Positions 14,758 to 21,975 of a DNA stretch of 22,955 bases are shown one piece after another (within the stretch, counting starts at the first letter, position 1; each line of letters starts with the position of its first letter). The translations under genes and the position numbers were made by a program. The notes beneath the pieces are model-generated. The model saw only the letters and a list, made by a program, of their open reading frames with translations, was not told the origin of the DNA and did no database searches. Origin of the DNA: a virus (taxonomy: Duplodnaviria; Heunggongvirae; Uroviricota; Caudoviricetes); the IMG/VR virus record IMGVR_UViG_2541047790_000011. One strand, given 5' to 3'.

Positions 14758-17034
14758 ATGCTCAATCAAGAACTGGAACTCAGTTTAAATATGGCTTTCG
14801 CCAGAGCGCGCGAGCACCGTCATGAGTTTATGACCGTCGAGCACTTGTTACTGGCGCTGCTCAGTAACCCATCTGCCCGGGAGGCGCTGGAAGCGTGTTC
14901 TGTAGATTTGGTTGCGCTCCGTCAGGAACTGGAAGCCTTTATTGAACAAACCACACCCGTTCTGCCTGCCAGTGAAGAGGAGCGCGACACACAGCCGACG
15001 TTGAGTTTTCAGCGTGTACTGCAACGTGCGGTCTTCCATGTCCAGTCCTCCGGTCGCAATGAGGTTACCGGTGCAAACGTTCTGGTCGCTATCTTTAGCG
15101 AACAGGAGTCGCAGGCGGCATATCTGTTGCGCAAACATGAAGTCAGCCGTCTCGATGTGGTGAACTTTATCTCTCATGGCACGCGTAAAGACGAGCCGAC
15201 ACAGTCTTCTGATCCTGGCAGCCAGCCAAACAGCGAAGAACAAGCTGGTGGGGAGGAACGTATGGAGAATTTCACGACGAACCTGAATCAGCTTGCGCGA
15301 GTGGGCGGAATCGACCCACTAATTGGTCGTGAGAAGGAGCTGGAGCGTGCTATTCAGGTTCTCTGCCGTCGCCGTAAAAACAACCCGCTGCTGGTGGGGG
15401 AGTCTGGTGTCGGTAAAACCGCGATTGCGGAGGGGCTTGCATGGCGAATTGTTCAGGGCGATGTGCCGGAAGTGATGGCTGACTGTACGATTTACTCTCT
15501 CGATATCGGTTCCCTGTTAGCGGGCACAAAATATCGCGGCGACTTTGAAAAACGTTTTAAAGCGTTGCTCAAGCAGCTGGAGCAGGACACTAACAGCATC
15601 CTGTTTATTGATGAGATCCACACCATTATCGGTGCGGGTGCAGCGTCTGGTGGCCAGGTCGATGCGGCTAACCTGATTAAACCGTTGCTCTCCAGCGGTA
15701 AAATCCGCGTAATTGGTTCGACAACCTATCAGGAGTTCAGCAACATTTTCGAGAAAGACCGTGCTCTGGCGCGTCGCTTCCAGAAAATTGATATTACTGA
15801 ACCGTCAATCGAAGAAACTGTTCAAATCATCAATGGCCTGAAACCGAAGTATGAAGCGCACCACGACGTGCGTTATACCGCAAAAGCGGTGCGTGCGGCG
15901 GTAGAGCTGGCGGTGAAATACATTAACGATCGTCATCTGCCGGATAAAGCGATTGATGTTATCGACGAAGCGGGCGCTCGCGCACGTCTGATGCCGGTAA
16001 GCAAACGCAAGAAAACCGTTAATGTGGCGGATATTGAATCCGTGGTGGCCCGTATTGCACGCATTCCAGAGAAGAGTGTTTCTCAGAGTGACCGCGATAC
16101 CCTGAAAAACCTCGGCGATCGCCTGAAAATGCTGGTCTTCGGTCAGGATAAAGCCATTGAGGCGCTGACTGAAGCCATTAAGATGGCGCGTGCAGGTTTA
16201 GGTCACGAACATAAACCGGTCGGTTCGTTCCTGTTTGCCGGCCCTACTGGGGTCGGGAAAACAGAGGTGACGGTACAGCTTTCGAAAGCGTTGGGCATTG
16301 AGCTTCTGCGCTTTGATATGTCCGAGTATATGGAACGCCATACCGTCAGCCGTCTGATTGGTGCGCCTCCGGGATACGTTGGTTTTGATCAGGGCGGTTT
16401 GCTGACTGATGCGGTCATCAAGCATCCACATGCGGTGCTGCTGCTGGACGAAATCGAGAAAGCGCACCCGGACGTGTTCAATATTCTGTTGCAGGTGATG
16501 GATAACGGTACGCTGACCGATAACAACGGACGCAAAGCGGACTTCCGTAACGTGGTGCTGGTGATGACCACTAATGCCGGGGTACGGGAAACTGAGCGCA
16601 AATCCATTGGTCTTATCCACCAGGATAACAGCACCGATGCGATGGAAGAGATCAAGAAGATCTTTACACCGGAATTCCGTAACCGTCTCGACAACATTAT
16701 CTGGTTCGATCATCTGTCAACCGACGTGATCCATCAGGTGGTGGATAAATTCATCGTCGAGTTGCAGGTTCAGTTGGATCAGAAAGGTGTTTCTCTGGAA
16801 GTGAGCCAGGAAGCGCGTAACTGGCTGGCCGAGAAAGGTTACGACCGGGCAATGGGCGCACGTCCGATGGCGCGTGTCATCCAGGACAACCTGAAAAAAC
16901 CGCTCGCCAACGAACTGCTGTTTGGTTCGCTGGTGGACGGCGGTCAGGTCACCGTCGCGCTGGATAAAGAGAAAAATGAGCTGACTTACGGATTCCAGAG
17001 TGCACAAAAGCACAAGGCGGAAGCAGCGCATTAA
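14758..17034 (+). CDS. clpA: ATP-dependent Clp protease ATP-binding subunit ClpA
   Basis: 758 aa from ATG 14758 ('[24 protein letters not shown]...'), preceded by GGGGGAGGTG. Two AAA+ modules are present ('GESGVGKT', 'GPTGVGKT'). Confidence 0.98.
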   Translation: MLNQELELSLNMAFARAREHRHEFMTVEHLLLALLSNPSAREALEACSVDLVALRQELEAFIEQTTPVLPASEEERDTQPTLSFQRVLQRAVFHVQSSGRNEVTGANVLVAIFSEQESQAAYLLRKHEVSRLDVVNFISHGTRKDEPTQSSDPGSQPNSEEQAGGEERMENFTTNLNQLARVGGIDPLIGREKELERAIQVLCRRRKNNPLLVGESGVGKTAIAEGLAWRIVQGDVPEVMADCTIYSLDIGSLLAGTKYRGDFEKRFKALLKQLEQDTNSILFIDEIHTIIGAGAASGGQVDAANLIKPLLSSGKIRVIGSTTYQEFSNIFEKDRALARRFQKIDITEPSIEETVQIINGLKPKYEAHHDVRYTAKAVRAAVELAVKYINDRHLPDKAIDVIDEAGARARLMPVSKRKKTVNVADIESVVARIARIPEKSVSQSDRDTLKNLGDRLKMLVFGQDKAIEALTEAIKMARAGLGHEHKPVGSFLFAGPTGVGKTEVTVQLSKALGIELLRFDMSEYMERHTVSRLIGAPPGYVGFDQGGLLTDAVIKHPHAVLLLDEIEKAHPDVFNILLQVMDNGTLTDNNGRKADFRNVVLVMTTNAGVRETERKSIGLIHQDNSTDAMEEIKKIFTPEFRNRLDNIIWFDHLSTDVIHQVVDKFIVELQVQLDQKGVSLEVSQEARNWLAEKGYDRAMGARPMARVIQDNLKKPLANELLFGSLVDGGQVTVALDKEKNELTYGFQSAQKHKAEAAH

Positions 17035-17057
17035 TCTGATTGTCTGGTAGGTTGGTG

Positions 17058-17092
17058 AAGTCCGTAATCTCGTCAGGGGTTACGGACTTTTT
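17058..17092 (+). terminator. clpA intrinsic terminator
   Basis: 10-bp stem AAGTCCGTAA (17058-17067) pairs with TTACGGACTT (17080-17089), followed by a T-run. Confidence 0.8.
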
Positions 17093-17246
17093 ATTTATGG
17101 GGGGAGGAGGTTCAGACCCTTTTTTTGATGATGATGGTAAGTTATTGATAATTAGTGCTGCGGGTAGGTAAGGATAAAAAAGGGTGGCAGCAGGAGATTG
17201 AGATGGTTTTGCTTTATTAACAACGGGCTAAACGTGTAGTATTTGA

Positions 17247-17334
17247 GTTCACTGCCGTACAGGCAGCTTAGAAATTGCCGCGGATCCTGTCTGCCAATAA
17301 TGACAAGTTCACTGCCGTACAGGCAGATAAAATG
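17247..17334 (+). CRISPR. Minimal orphan type I-F CRISPR array (2 repeats, 1 spacer); no cas genes in the window
   Basis: Repeat 1 is 17247-17274, GTTCACTGCCGTACAGGCAGCTTAGAAA, the E. coli/Yersinia I-F repeat. The 32-nt spacer is 17275-17306, TTGCCGCGGATCCTGTCTGCCAATAATGACAA. Repeat 2 is 17307-17334, identical for 20 nt and then degenerate (ATAAAATG), as terminal repeats usually are. Confidence 0.85.
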
Positions 17335-17336
17335 CG

Positions 17337-17364
17337 AAAAAAAAGCCCGTACTTTCGTACGAGC
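17337..17364 (-). terminator. serW intrinsic terminator
   Basis: On the minus strand, the stem GCTCGTAC/GTACGGGC (1 mismatch) with loop GAAA is followed by 8 T (plus-strand A-run 17337-17344). It lies just 3' of the tRNA. Confidence 0.75.
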
Positions 17365-17377
17365 TCTTCTTTAAATA

Positions 17378-17465
17378 TGGCGGTGAGGGGGGGATTCGAA
17401 CCCCCGATACGTTGCCGTATACACACTTTCCAGGCGTGCTCCTTCAGCCACTCGGACACCTCACC
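17378..17465 (-). tRNA. serW: tRNA-Ser (anticodon GGA)
   Basis: The reverse complement reads GGTGAGGTGTCCGAGTGGCTGAAGGAGCACGCCTGGAAAGTG...GGGGGTTCGAATCCCCCCCTCACCGCCA. It is 88 nt with a long variable arm, the anticodon loop CTGGAAA and an encoded CCA end. Confidence 0.95.
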
Positions 17466-17508
17466 AAATTGTTTTTTTGCCTGACCTCATGGGGGGCAAC
17501 GGGGCGCT

Positions 17509-17537
17509 ACTATAGGGAGTTGGAATAAAACGGTCAA
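17509..17537 (-). promoter_or_regulatory. serW sigma70 promoter with a GC-rich discriminator
   Basis: On the minus strand: -35 TTGACC (17532-17537), a 17-bp spacer, -10 TATAGT (17509-17514), then the GC-rich AGCGCCCCG typical of stringently controlled tRNA promoters. Confidence 0.6.
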
Positions 17538-17830
17538 GAAGAATTTTTATGATAATTATTGTTTGCTCATACTGTAAACAAGTTGTGCAGTATATCTACA
17601 TCTGATGCGCCGCGCGATAAATAAGCCGCAATCCGTGAGATAAATGGACACAGTGCGGCTTTTCAGATACGGAAAAGGAATTACAGATTATCAGTCGTAA
17701 GCAACCCACGCTTACTGGCAAGGATGGTTTACAATGCTGAAAGCGCCTCCCGGCAATACCGCCAATCATCACTCAAACAGAAAAAATTATTGCTCATGGT
17801 TCACTCCGGTAATGAATCGTTTTACAGGCG

Positions 17831-18424
17831 TCATTCGGTCATGGAAAGATTGCTGATTTCGGTAATCCCGGCAATTTCCTCGCTGACGGATTTCAGTTCG
17901 ATTTCCAGCTTGGTGCGTTCGTTGACCAGCGCAGCTACGGTCTTACGGCGGTCTGCCAGTGACGGAAGGTTGTCATTGCCCCACGCCACGCTTTTATCCT
18001 TTTTGAGCGCTTCGGTCAGGCGGGTGGCGACCACATCCGGGAAGAAAAAGCATAACTTACGCATAACCGTCATCCCGACATCAGCCAGGGGGACATTCCC
18101 GCTCAGTCCCACCAGACGGAACAGACCAGAAATATCACCATTCTCATTTTCCAGATTACCCCAGCGTTCGGCGTTCCCTTCACTGCCGGAACCGTTGCAA
18201 AGAGCAAGCTTGAATGACTGATATTCTTCCTGCCCGAATCGCTCAATATATTCAGGAATAAAGGAACAGTAATCATTAAGCGATAATGGCATATCCTGTA
18301 ATGTGGTTATTTCACTGTTAATCTCTCCAATTCGGCGGGAGAGCTTTTCTTTCTGCTCATTCAGGGAGGCAAGATTATTTTTAACGGCGTTCAGTGCTTC
18401 GATAAGGGAAATAACAGGTTTCAT
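17831..18424 (-). CDS. Hypothetical coiled-coil protein (197 aa), possibly scaffold-like
   Basis: ATG 18424 is preceded by GGAG and lies 2 nt after the upstream gene's stop. Heptad-like N- and C-terminal segments are present ('LNAVKNNLASLNEQKEKLSRRIGEINSEITTLQ', 'RRKTVAALVNERTKLEIELKSVSEEIAG'). The ORF-track start at 18493 is an over-extension. Confidence 0.7.
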   Translation of the reverse strand: MKPVISLIEALNAVKNNLASLNEQKEKLSRRIGEINSEITTLQDMPLSLNDYCSFIPEYIERFGQEEYQSFKLALCNGSGSEGNAERWGNLENENGDISGLFRLVGLSGNVPLADVGMTVMRKLCFFFPDVVATRLTEALKKDKSVAWGNDNLPSLADRRKTVAALVNERTKLEIELKSVSEEIAGITEISNLSMTE

Positions 18425-18425
18425 T

Positions 18426-19040
18426 TTAATAACTCCAGATGAAAGGCGTGGTGAGGGCGAGCGCTTCAGAATAGGAGACATTGCAGGCTGCACTTACGTC
18501 CTTTATTAAAAGGTGCTGTGCTGCCCTCTGACTGTCTGCTATGCCGTCAAACTCTGAAAAATGAACGTGTGATTCATTGTGATAAAAGCAAACCGGGTAA
18601 CAGCTTTCCATAAATTCTACCTGCGCCAGTCCCTTTACTGCTGGAGGCTGTGAGCCGAGAAAACCGATATGCTGAAGATACCAGGCACCGATTCCTGCCG
18701 GGTTGTTCGCTTCGCCGGGTCTATAAAATGCCGCAGACACTTTCCTGTAACGCCCTGCGCGTACCAGTCCCAGCAGGGTTTCATCAGGCTTAACCAGCGC
18801 GAAAAGCCTGCCGTTTTTACTTATCAGCCCAGTTGTTTCACCATAAGATGGGCTGTTGCTGGCCGGATGTCCAATACACAGCGGCGCACCATAACCCGCA
18901 CGATGATAGCCGTTATAGGCTGCCGCCATGTTGTCGATATCCTCGTCGGAAAAGGCAATTTCCTGCCCAGCCATCGTGATATGCGTTCCCGCCCGGAATA
19001 TCTCGATAGTTTTCCAGTTGCCAATATCGATATCTTTCAT
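18426..19040 (-). CDS. Phage head maturation protease / scaffold N-domain-like protein (P2 gpO / Mu I-like pattern); function tentative
   Basis: 204 aa. The pattern 'W..IEIFRAGTH....G..I.F...DID.MAAAYN......APL.IGHP....P.YG....L...G.LFA.V.P.....LV..G.YRKVSAAFY.P......G.WYL.HIGFLG..PPAVKGL' resembles phage prohead protease/scaffold families, with candidate His in GHP and Ser in KVSA. This is recalled from memory, not searched. Confidence 0.55.
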   Translation of the reverse strand: MKDIDIGNWKTIEIFRAGTHITMAGQEIAFSDEDIDNMAAAYNGYHRAGYGAPLCIGHPASNSPSYGETTGLISKNGRLFALVKPDETLLGLVRAGRYRKVSAAFYRPGEANNPAGIGAWYLQHIGFLGSQPPAVKGLAQVEFMESCYPVCFYHNESHVHFSEFDGIADSQRAAQHLLIKDVSAACNVSYSEALALTTPFIWSY

Positions 19041-19041
19041 T

Positions 19042-19569
19042 TTAAATTACCCCATATTTCGCATCGCGCTGTATTTTATTTTTCTTGCGTTCGGCGGCTA
19101 TAATCTGATAAATACACTGAATGGAACGCTTGTATTTTTTTGATAGTTCAAAAATAGAGATACCCTGATAAAAATCAGCCAGTATTTTTGAGTTCCTGTC
19201 GAAAGTGTTTTTTGATGCGCCCATAGGGATATATATATTCCCCCTGAAAAATGTATTCCTGAGACATTCAGTGATGGCAGGAGAAAGTTTTTCGGCTTGC
19301 GAACAGAGGTAAGGTATGGTTCCTAATGTCTGCTCAATAGATTCAGTCAGCTCCTGTAGGAAGCGAACTGCCTTAGGTGCTCTTTCTCGGTGTTCAGCCA
19401 TATACCCCTGGCAGCCACCAAGGTTATCAGAGATACCCAACACAATATGATTAGCCGCACTGCAGGACTGTTGCCGTGAATACCCTTTGTTGATCAGAAA
19501 CACTTCTATAGCATCGCCCATTGCCCCCAAAGTATCGGATGAAGCATACAATCCTTCTCTTGTAATCAT
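19042..19569 (-). CDS. Mor/C-family transcriptional activator-like protein
   Basis: 175 aa from ATG 19569, with GAGGT 6 nt upstream. 'IVLGISDNLGGCQGYM' and 'GNIYIPMG' resemble Mu Mor 'VVAICKHLGGGQVYIPRG'. The C-terminal HTH 'ILADFYQGISIFELSKKYKRSIQCIYQIIAAERK' resembles Mor 'IWNDFNGRNVSELTTRYGVTFNTVYKAIRR'. Confidence 0.7.
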   Translation of the reverse strand: MITREGLYASSDTLGAMGDAIEVFLINKGYSRQQSCSAANHIVLGISDNLGGCQGYMAEHRERAPKAVRFLQELTESIEQTLGTIPYLCSQAEKLSPAITECLRNTFFRGNIYIPMGASKNTFDRNSKILADFYQGISIFELSKKYKRSIQCIYQIIAAERKKNKIQRDAKYGVI

Positions 19570-19601
19570 AATCACACCTCGTCAACGATAAATATGCGCA
19601 C

Positions 19602-19624
19602 ATAAAGCCTTTATAAAGCTTTAT
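19602..19624. promoter_or_regulatory. Overlapping dyad and direct repeats (ATAAAGC x2, palindrome CTTTATAAAG) upstream of the Mor-like operon
   Basis: ATAAAGC at 19602 and 19613. The 10-bp palindrome is at 19609-19618. The inverted copy GCTTTAT is at 19618-19624. Confidence 0.3.
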
Positions 19625-19770
19625 GAGGTGCATTACTGGTGTCATTCCATGATGCACACCACCAACAACCAAAAACGCCTTACAGAGCATTTCAATGTGT
19701 GTTATTAATGTGGATTAAGAATATGGTTTTGGGGCGAGAATGTTTTTTAATGTACTTTAGATATGACGAA

Positions 19771-19788
19771 GCCCCTCAAAGGAGGGGC
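19771..19788 (-). terminator. GC-rich hairpin just downstream of the 92-aa gene
   Basis: Stem GCCCCTC/GAGGGGC, loop AAAG. The U-tract on the minus strand is weak, so termination efficiency is uncertain. Confidence 0.4.
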
Positions 19789-19809
19789 GAGGCGGAAAAC
19801 TATTTATAA

Positions 19810-20088
19810 CTATTCCTTACTCTCCTGATCAAGACGATTACCTATCAGGTTAATCATTGCCATTGCATCAGATAGCAGGATACTGTTAACAAGTGCTAAG
19901 GGCGTCTGTGTTGATTTATCATCAACGGCAACAGAAAGTTCATCATTCAGGCGACGAACGGCCTCAAGACGGCTAAAGGCGGCTTCCCATATTTCTGTAC
20001 TCGGGGCATCAGCATTAACAAACAAAACATCGTAAGACGTTCCCTGAGACTCATGAGGACAGGCTATGAAATTAGCAGTAGCTTTCAT
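19810..20088 (-). CDS. Hypothetical protein (92 aa)
   Basis: The ORF's start overlaps the stop of the upstream gene (ATGA at 20085-20088). No family confidently recognised. Confidence 0.65.
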   Translation of the reverse strand: MKATANFIACPHESQGTSYDVLFVNADAPSTEIWEAAFSRLEAVRRLNDELSVAVDDKSTQTPLALVNSILLSDAMAMINLIGNRLDQESKE

Positions 20089-20564
20089 TTTGCAGTCCTC
20101 CGGTTAATTATAAATTTATTATAAATTTCATAACTTGCGGCATTCAGTCCTGGACTGTATTTATCTGCCAGTGAACAGGCAATGAATTCTTCAATCGATT
20201 TAGTCAGTATATCAAGCTCAGTTGTTCCGGAATAACGCAAGGCCACTCGAAATAATTCTCGGCAGTATGTTTTTTTATGGTCAATATTTTGTAACTGCTG
20301 TTGCGGTATATCACGACGTTCAAATATATTAACAAATGCATTAAGCGGGAAGCTATGATTTGCCTGCGGATATTGCTCATAGGAAAACACCACAGTATTA
20401 CCGTTGCATTCTTTAACAATTGCATTCATACCGCTGTTAATTTCAATATACCACTCTCCTATACATGGAGGATTGATAGCTTCGCTCTGTGCCTTGATTA
20501 AAGGTAAGCGGATAGTATCCACTTGGTTTGTTGCAACTGAATCGTTAGACTTGTCGTTAGCCAT
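20085..20564 (-). CDS. Hypothetical protein (159 aa)
   Basis: ATG 20564 is preceded by AGGA at an 8-nt spacing. The ORF-track start at 20582 lacks an SD. No family recognised. Confidence 0.65.
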   Translation of the reverse strand: MANDKSNDSVATNQVDTIRLPLIKAQSEAINPPCIGEWYIEINSGMNAIVKECNGNTVVFSYEQYPQANHSFPLNAFVNIFERRDIPQQQLQNIDHKKTYCRELFRVALRYSGTTELDILTKSIEEFIACSLADKYSPGLNAASYEIYNKFIINRRTAK

Positions 20565-20660
20565 GACTGTTATCCTACACATAACGGTTTTTGGTTAGGC
20601 CATAGCAAGTGCTCGCAACATTTGTTATGGCCGTTTCTTTGGCCCTTTCCCTGTGATAAG

Positions 20661-20701
20661 GTATAGACCTAACAAGTAAACACTAAGCCATAGGTCTATA
20701 C
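20661..20701. promoter_or_regulatory. 11-bp perfect inverted repeat GTATAGACCTA ... TAGGTCTATAC (19-bp spacer) in the divergent promoter region
   Basis: Arms at 20661-20671 and 20691-20701; the right arm abuts ATG 20702. A second 7-bp inverted repeat, GGCCATA/TATGGCC, is at 20598-20604 / 20626-20632. Confidence 0.45.
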
Positions 20702-20893
20702 ATGTCAACTATCTTGAGAGATAAAAGCCAAAAAGGGGCAGGGAAAGCCCCCATGTTTAACGTTAGAATATCGCCAGATTTGAAAGAACAGTTTGAAATA
20801 CAAGCAAAAAAAGAAGGTGTTAGCTTGGGAAACTGGCTCAAGGAACTTGGCAGGGCGGAACTAAAACGTAAGGGGATCGAGCCGAAAGGGTGA
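20702..20893 (+). CDS. Arc/CopG-like ribbon-helix-helix DNA-binding protein (63 aa; more likely 46 aa from ATG 20753)
   Basis: 'MFNVRISPDLKEQFEIQAKKEGVSLGNWLKELGRAEL' matches the Arc/Mnt/CopG beta-alpha-alpha pattern (compare Arc 'MPQFNLRWPREVLDLVRKVAEENGRSVNSEIYQRV'). AGGGA lies 8 nt before ATG 20753. No SD precedes 20702. Confidence 0.7.
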   Translation: MSTILRDKSQKGAGKAPMFNVRISPDLKEQFEIQAKKEGVSLGNWLKELGRAELKRKGIEPKG

Positions 20894-20919
20894 TGTTTTA
20901 GTCTCCCTGTGTTTGATTA

Positions 20920-21757
20920 AAAGCGAAATCGCTTTCACATTTAAAGTTCAAGATAGCCAATGCCATCACCAAAGCGGACAGCGCTGTCCGCTTTTCATCA
21001 GTAAAAACCACATATTTACGCCAAAACGCTCAACGTTGAGCGCTACGTACCCCGGCAAAAGCGCAAGCGTCTGCGCTTTTGGTAACAAGCAATCAGCATT
21101 TAAATGCGGACAACGTTGACCGTTTTGAGGAATCAATGTCGGCTGAGCAAAAACGACAACGTTGTCGTTTTTAAAACGGCAAGCGCTTACCGTTTCAGAT
21201 TATCGAGGCGGTAAGAGTTTACCGTTTGGTGTCAATTATGTTCAATAAGCGAAAACGTTTTCGCATTTTCTCACCTAACGCGGCAAACCTTCTTTGTCCT
21301 AGATGGAAAAACGACAGCGCTGTCGTTTCTAATCCGGGGTTCCAAACCGCTCAGCGCTGAGCGGTTCTGTGGCTTTCTTACAATCCAAATCCGCCAACGT
21401 TGGCAGATTTGCAAATATCACATATGATTGATGGTCCCGAATCACAAATGTCCCAGCGCGGGGATATTTCAAGTAGTTCAATCATTTCATGCGCTGGCAG
21501 TCATCTCCAAAACTGCGAACGCCTGCCCTTTCAGTACAGTTTGGTAATATATATTGGTAAGCTTTACTTGTAGAAATATAAAACTCCAAAAGCGCCAGCG
21601 CTGGCGCTTTGTAAGGCCAGCAATATCATTCCCAGCGCTGGAATACTAAAAGGCGGATTCCTGCATCTTAATTTGAGATGGAATCTCATGGCAATCCAGT
21701 GTTAACGTAGGGTTTTAGCCAGTACTCACGACTTGAATATGCCAGCGCTGGCACATT
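20920..21757. repeat. ORF-free array of at least 16 sequence-variable palindromes with conserved centres AGCGCT or AACGTT and A-tract/T-tract flanks; class unknown
   Basis: Read directly. Perfect palindromes: 20971-20994 (24 bp), 21027-21042 (16), 21149-21172 (24), 21249-21264 (16), 21309-21328 (20), 21345-21366 (22), 21589-21610 (22), 21740-21753 (14). Near-perfect units: 20920, 21056, 21103, 21174, 21209, 21386, 21446, 21632. Confidence 0.85.
21554..21582 (+). promoter_or_regulatory. Candidate sigma70 promoter inside the palindrome array
   Basis: TTGGTA (21554-21559), a 17-bp spacer, TATAAA (21577-21582), in the only strongly AT-rich stretch of the array. It would start transcription at about the 21589 palindrome. 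Confidence 0.3.
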
Positions 21758-21975
21758 TGAAGTCTGGTAACATCAATAATCTAATGACACCTGATGTAAT
21801 TTTGAACCCTGAACTGGAATCAACCCCAAATTTAATGGCAACAGCTATCAGCCAGATTACTGATGAACGTGACCTGCTGAACCAATTACTTGACCAAGCA
21901 CAGATGGCCGATGCATTCGAGCAATTTTCCCGAACGGTTCGGACTTCTAAACTGGCTTTTGTGAAGGAAAACAAG
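21739..21975 (+). pseudogene. 5' fragment (about 79 codons) of an unknown gene, truncated by IS insertion
   Basis: The ORF from ATG 21739 (or TTG 21733) runs straight into the IS terminal inverted repeat at 21976. Its last residues and its stop are IS-derived. Confidence 0.5.

Noticed and set aside
14848-17031. Several 100-170-aa minus-strand ORFs within clpA
   Set aside because: They are antisense shadows of a highly conserved, unambiguous gene.
17268-17484. 63-aa and 69-aa ORFs overlapping the CRISPR remnant and serW
   Set aside because: The region is fully explained by the CRISPR repeats, the serW terminator and the tRNA gene.
17724-19103. Plus-strand ORFs 17724-18221, 18303-18509, 18669-19103 and 18928-19143
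   Set aside because: They are antisense to the tightly coupled minus-strand operon, which has SDs and recognisable motifs. Their translations are low-complexity.
20913-21119. 68-aa TTG-start ORF across palindromes P1-P5, and shorter ATG mini-ORFs at 21136 and 21238
   Set aside because: There is no SD and the long ORF has a non-ATG start. The frames are not maintained from unit to unit, and stops are frequent in all frames across the array, so the palindromes are the organising feature. Mini-ORFs cannot be formally excluded without ribosome profiling.
20920-21757. Interpreting the palindrome array as a CRISPR array, REP/BIME cluster, integron attC array or ordinary terminators
   Set aside because: CRISPR: there is no conserved direct repeat and no unique spacers. 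REP/BIME: the units share structure rather than sequence, and do not match the E. coli REP consensus. attC: the units are only 14-26 bp with no cassettes between them. Terminators: no genes lie between units and the T-tracts are only 3-5 nt. The class is therefore left open.
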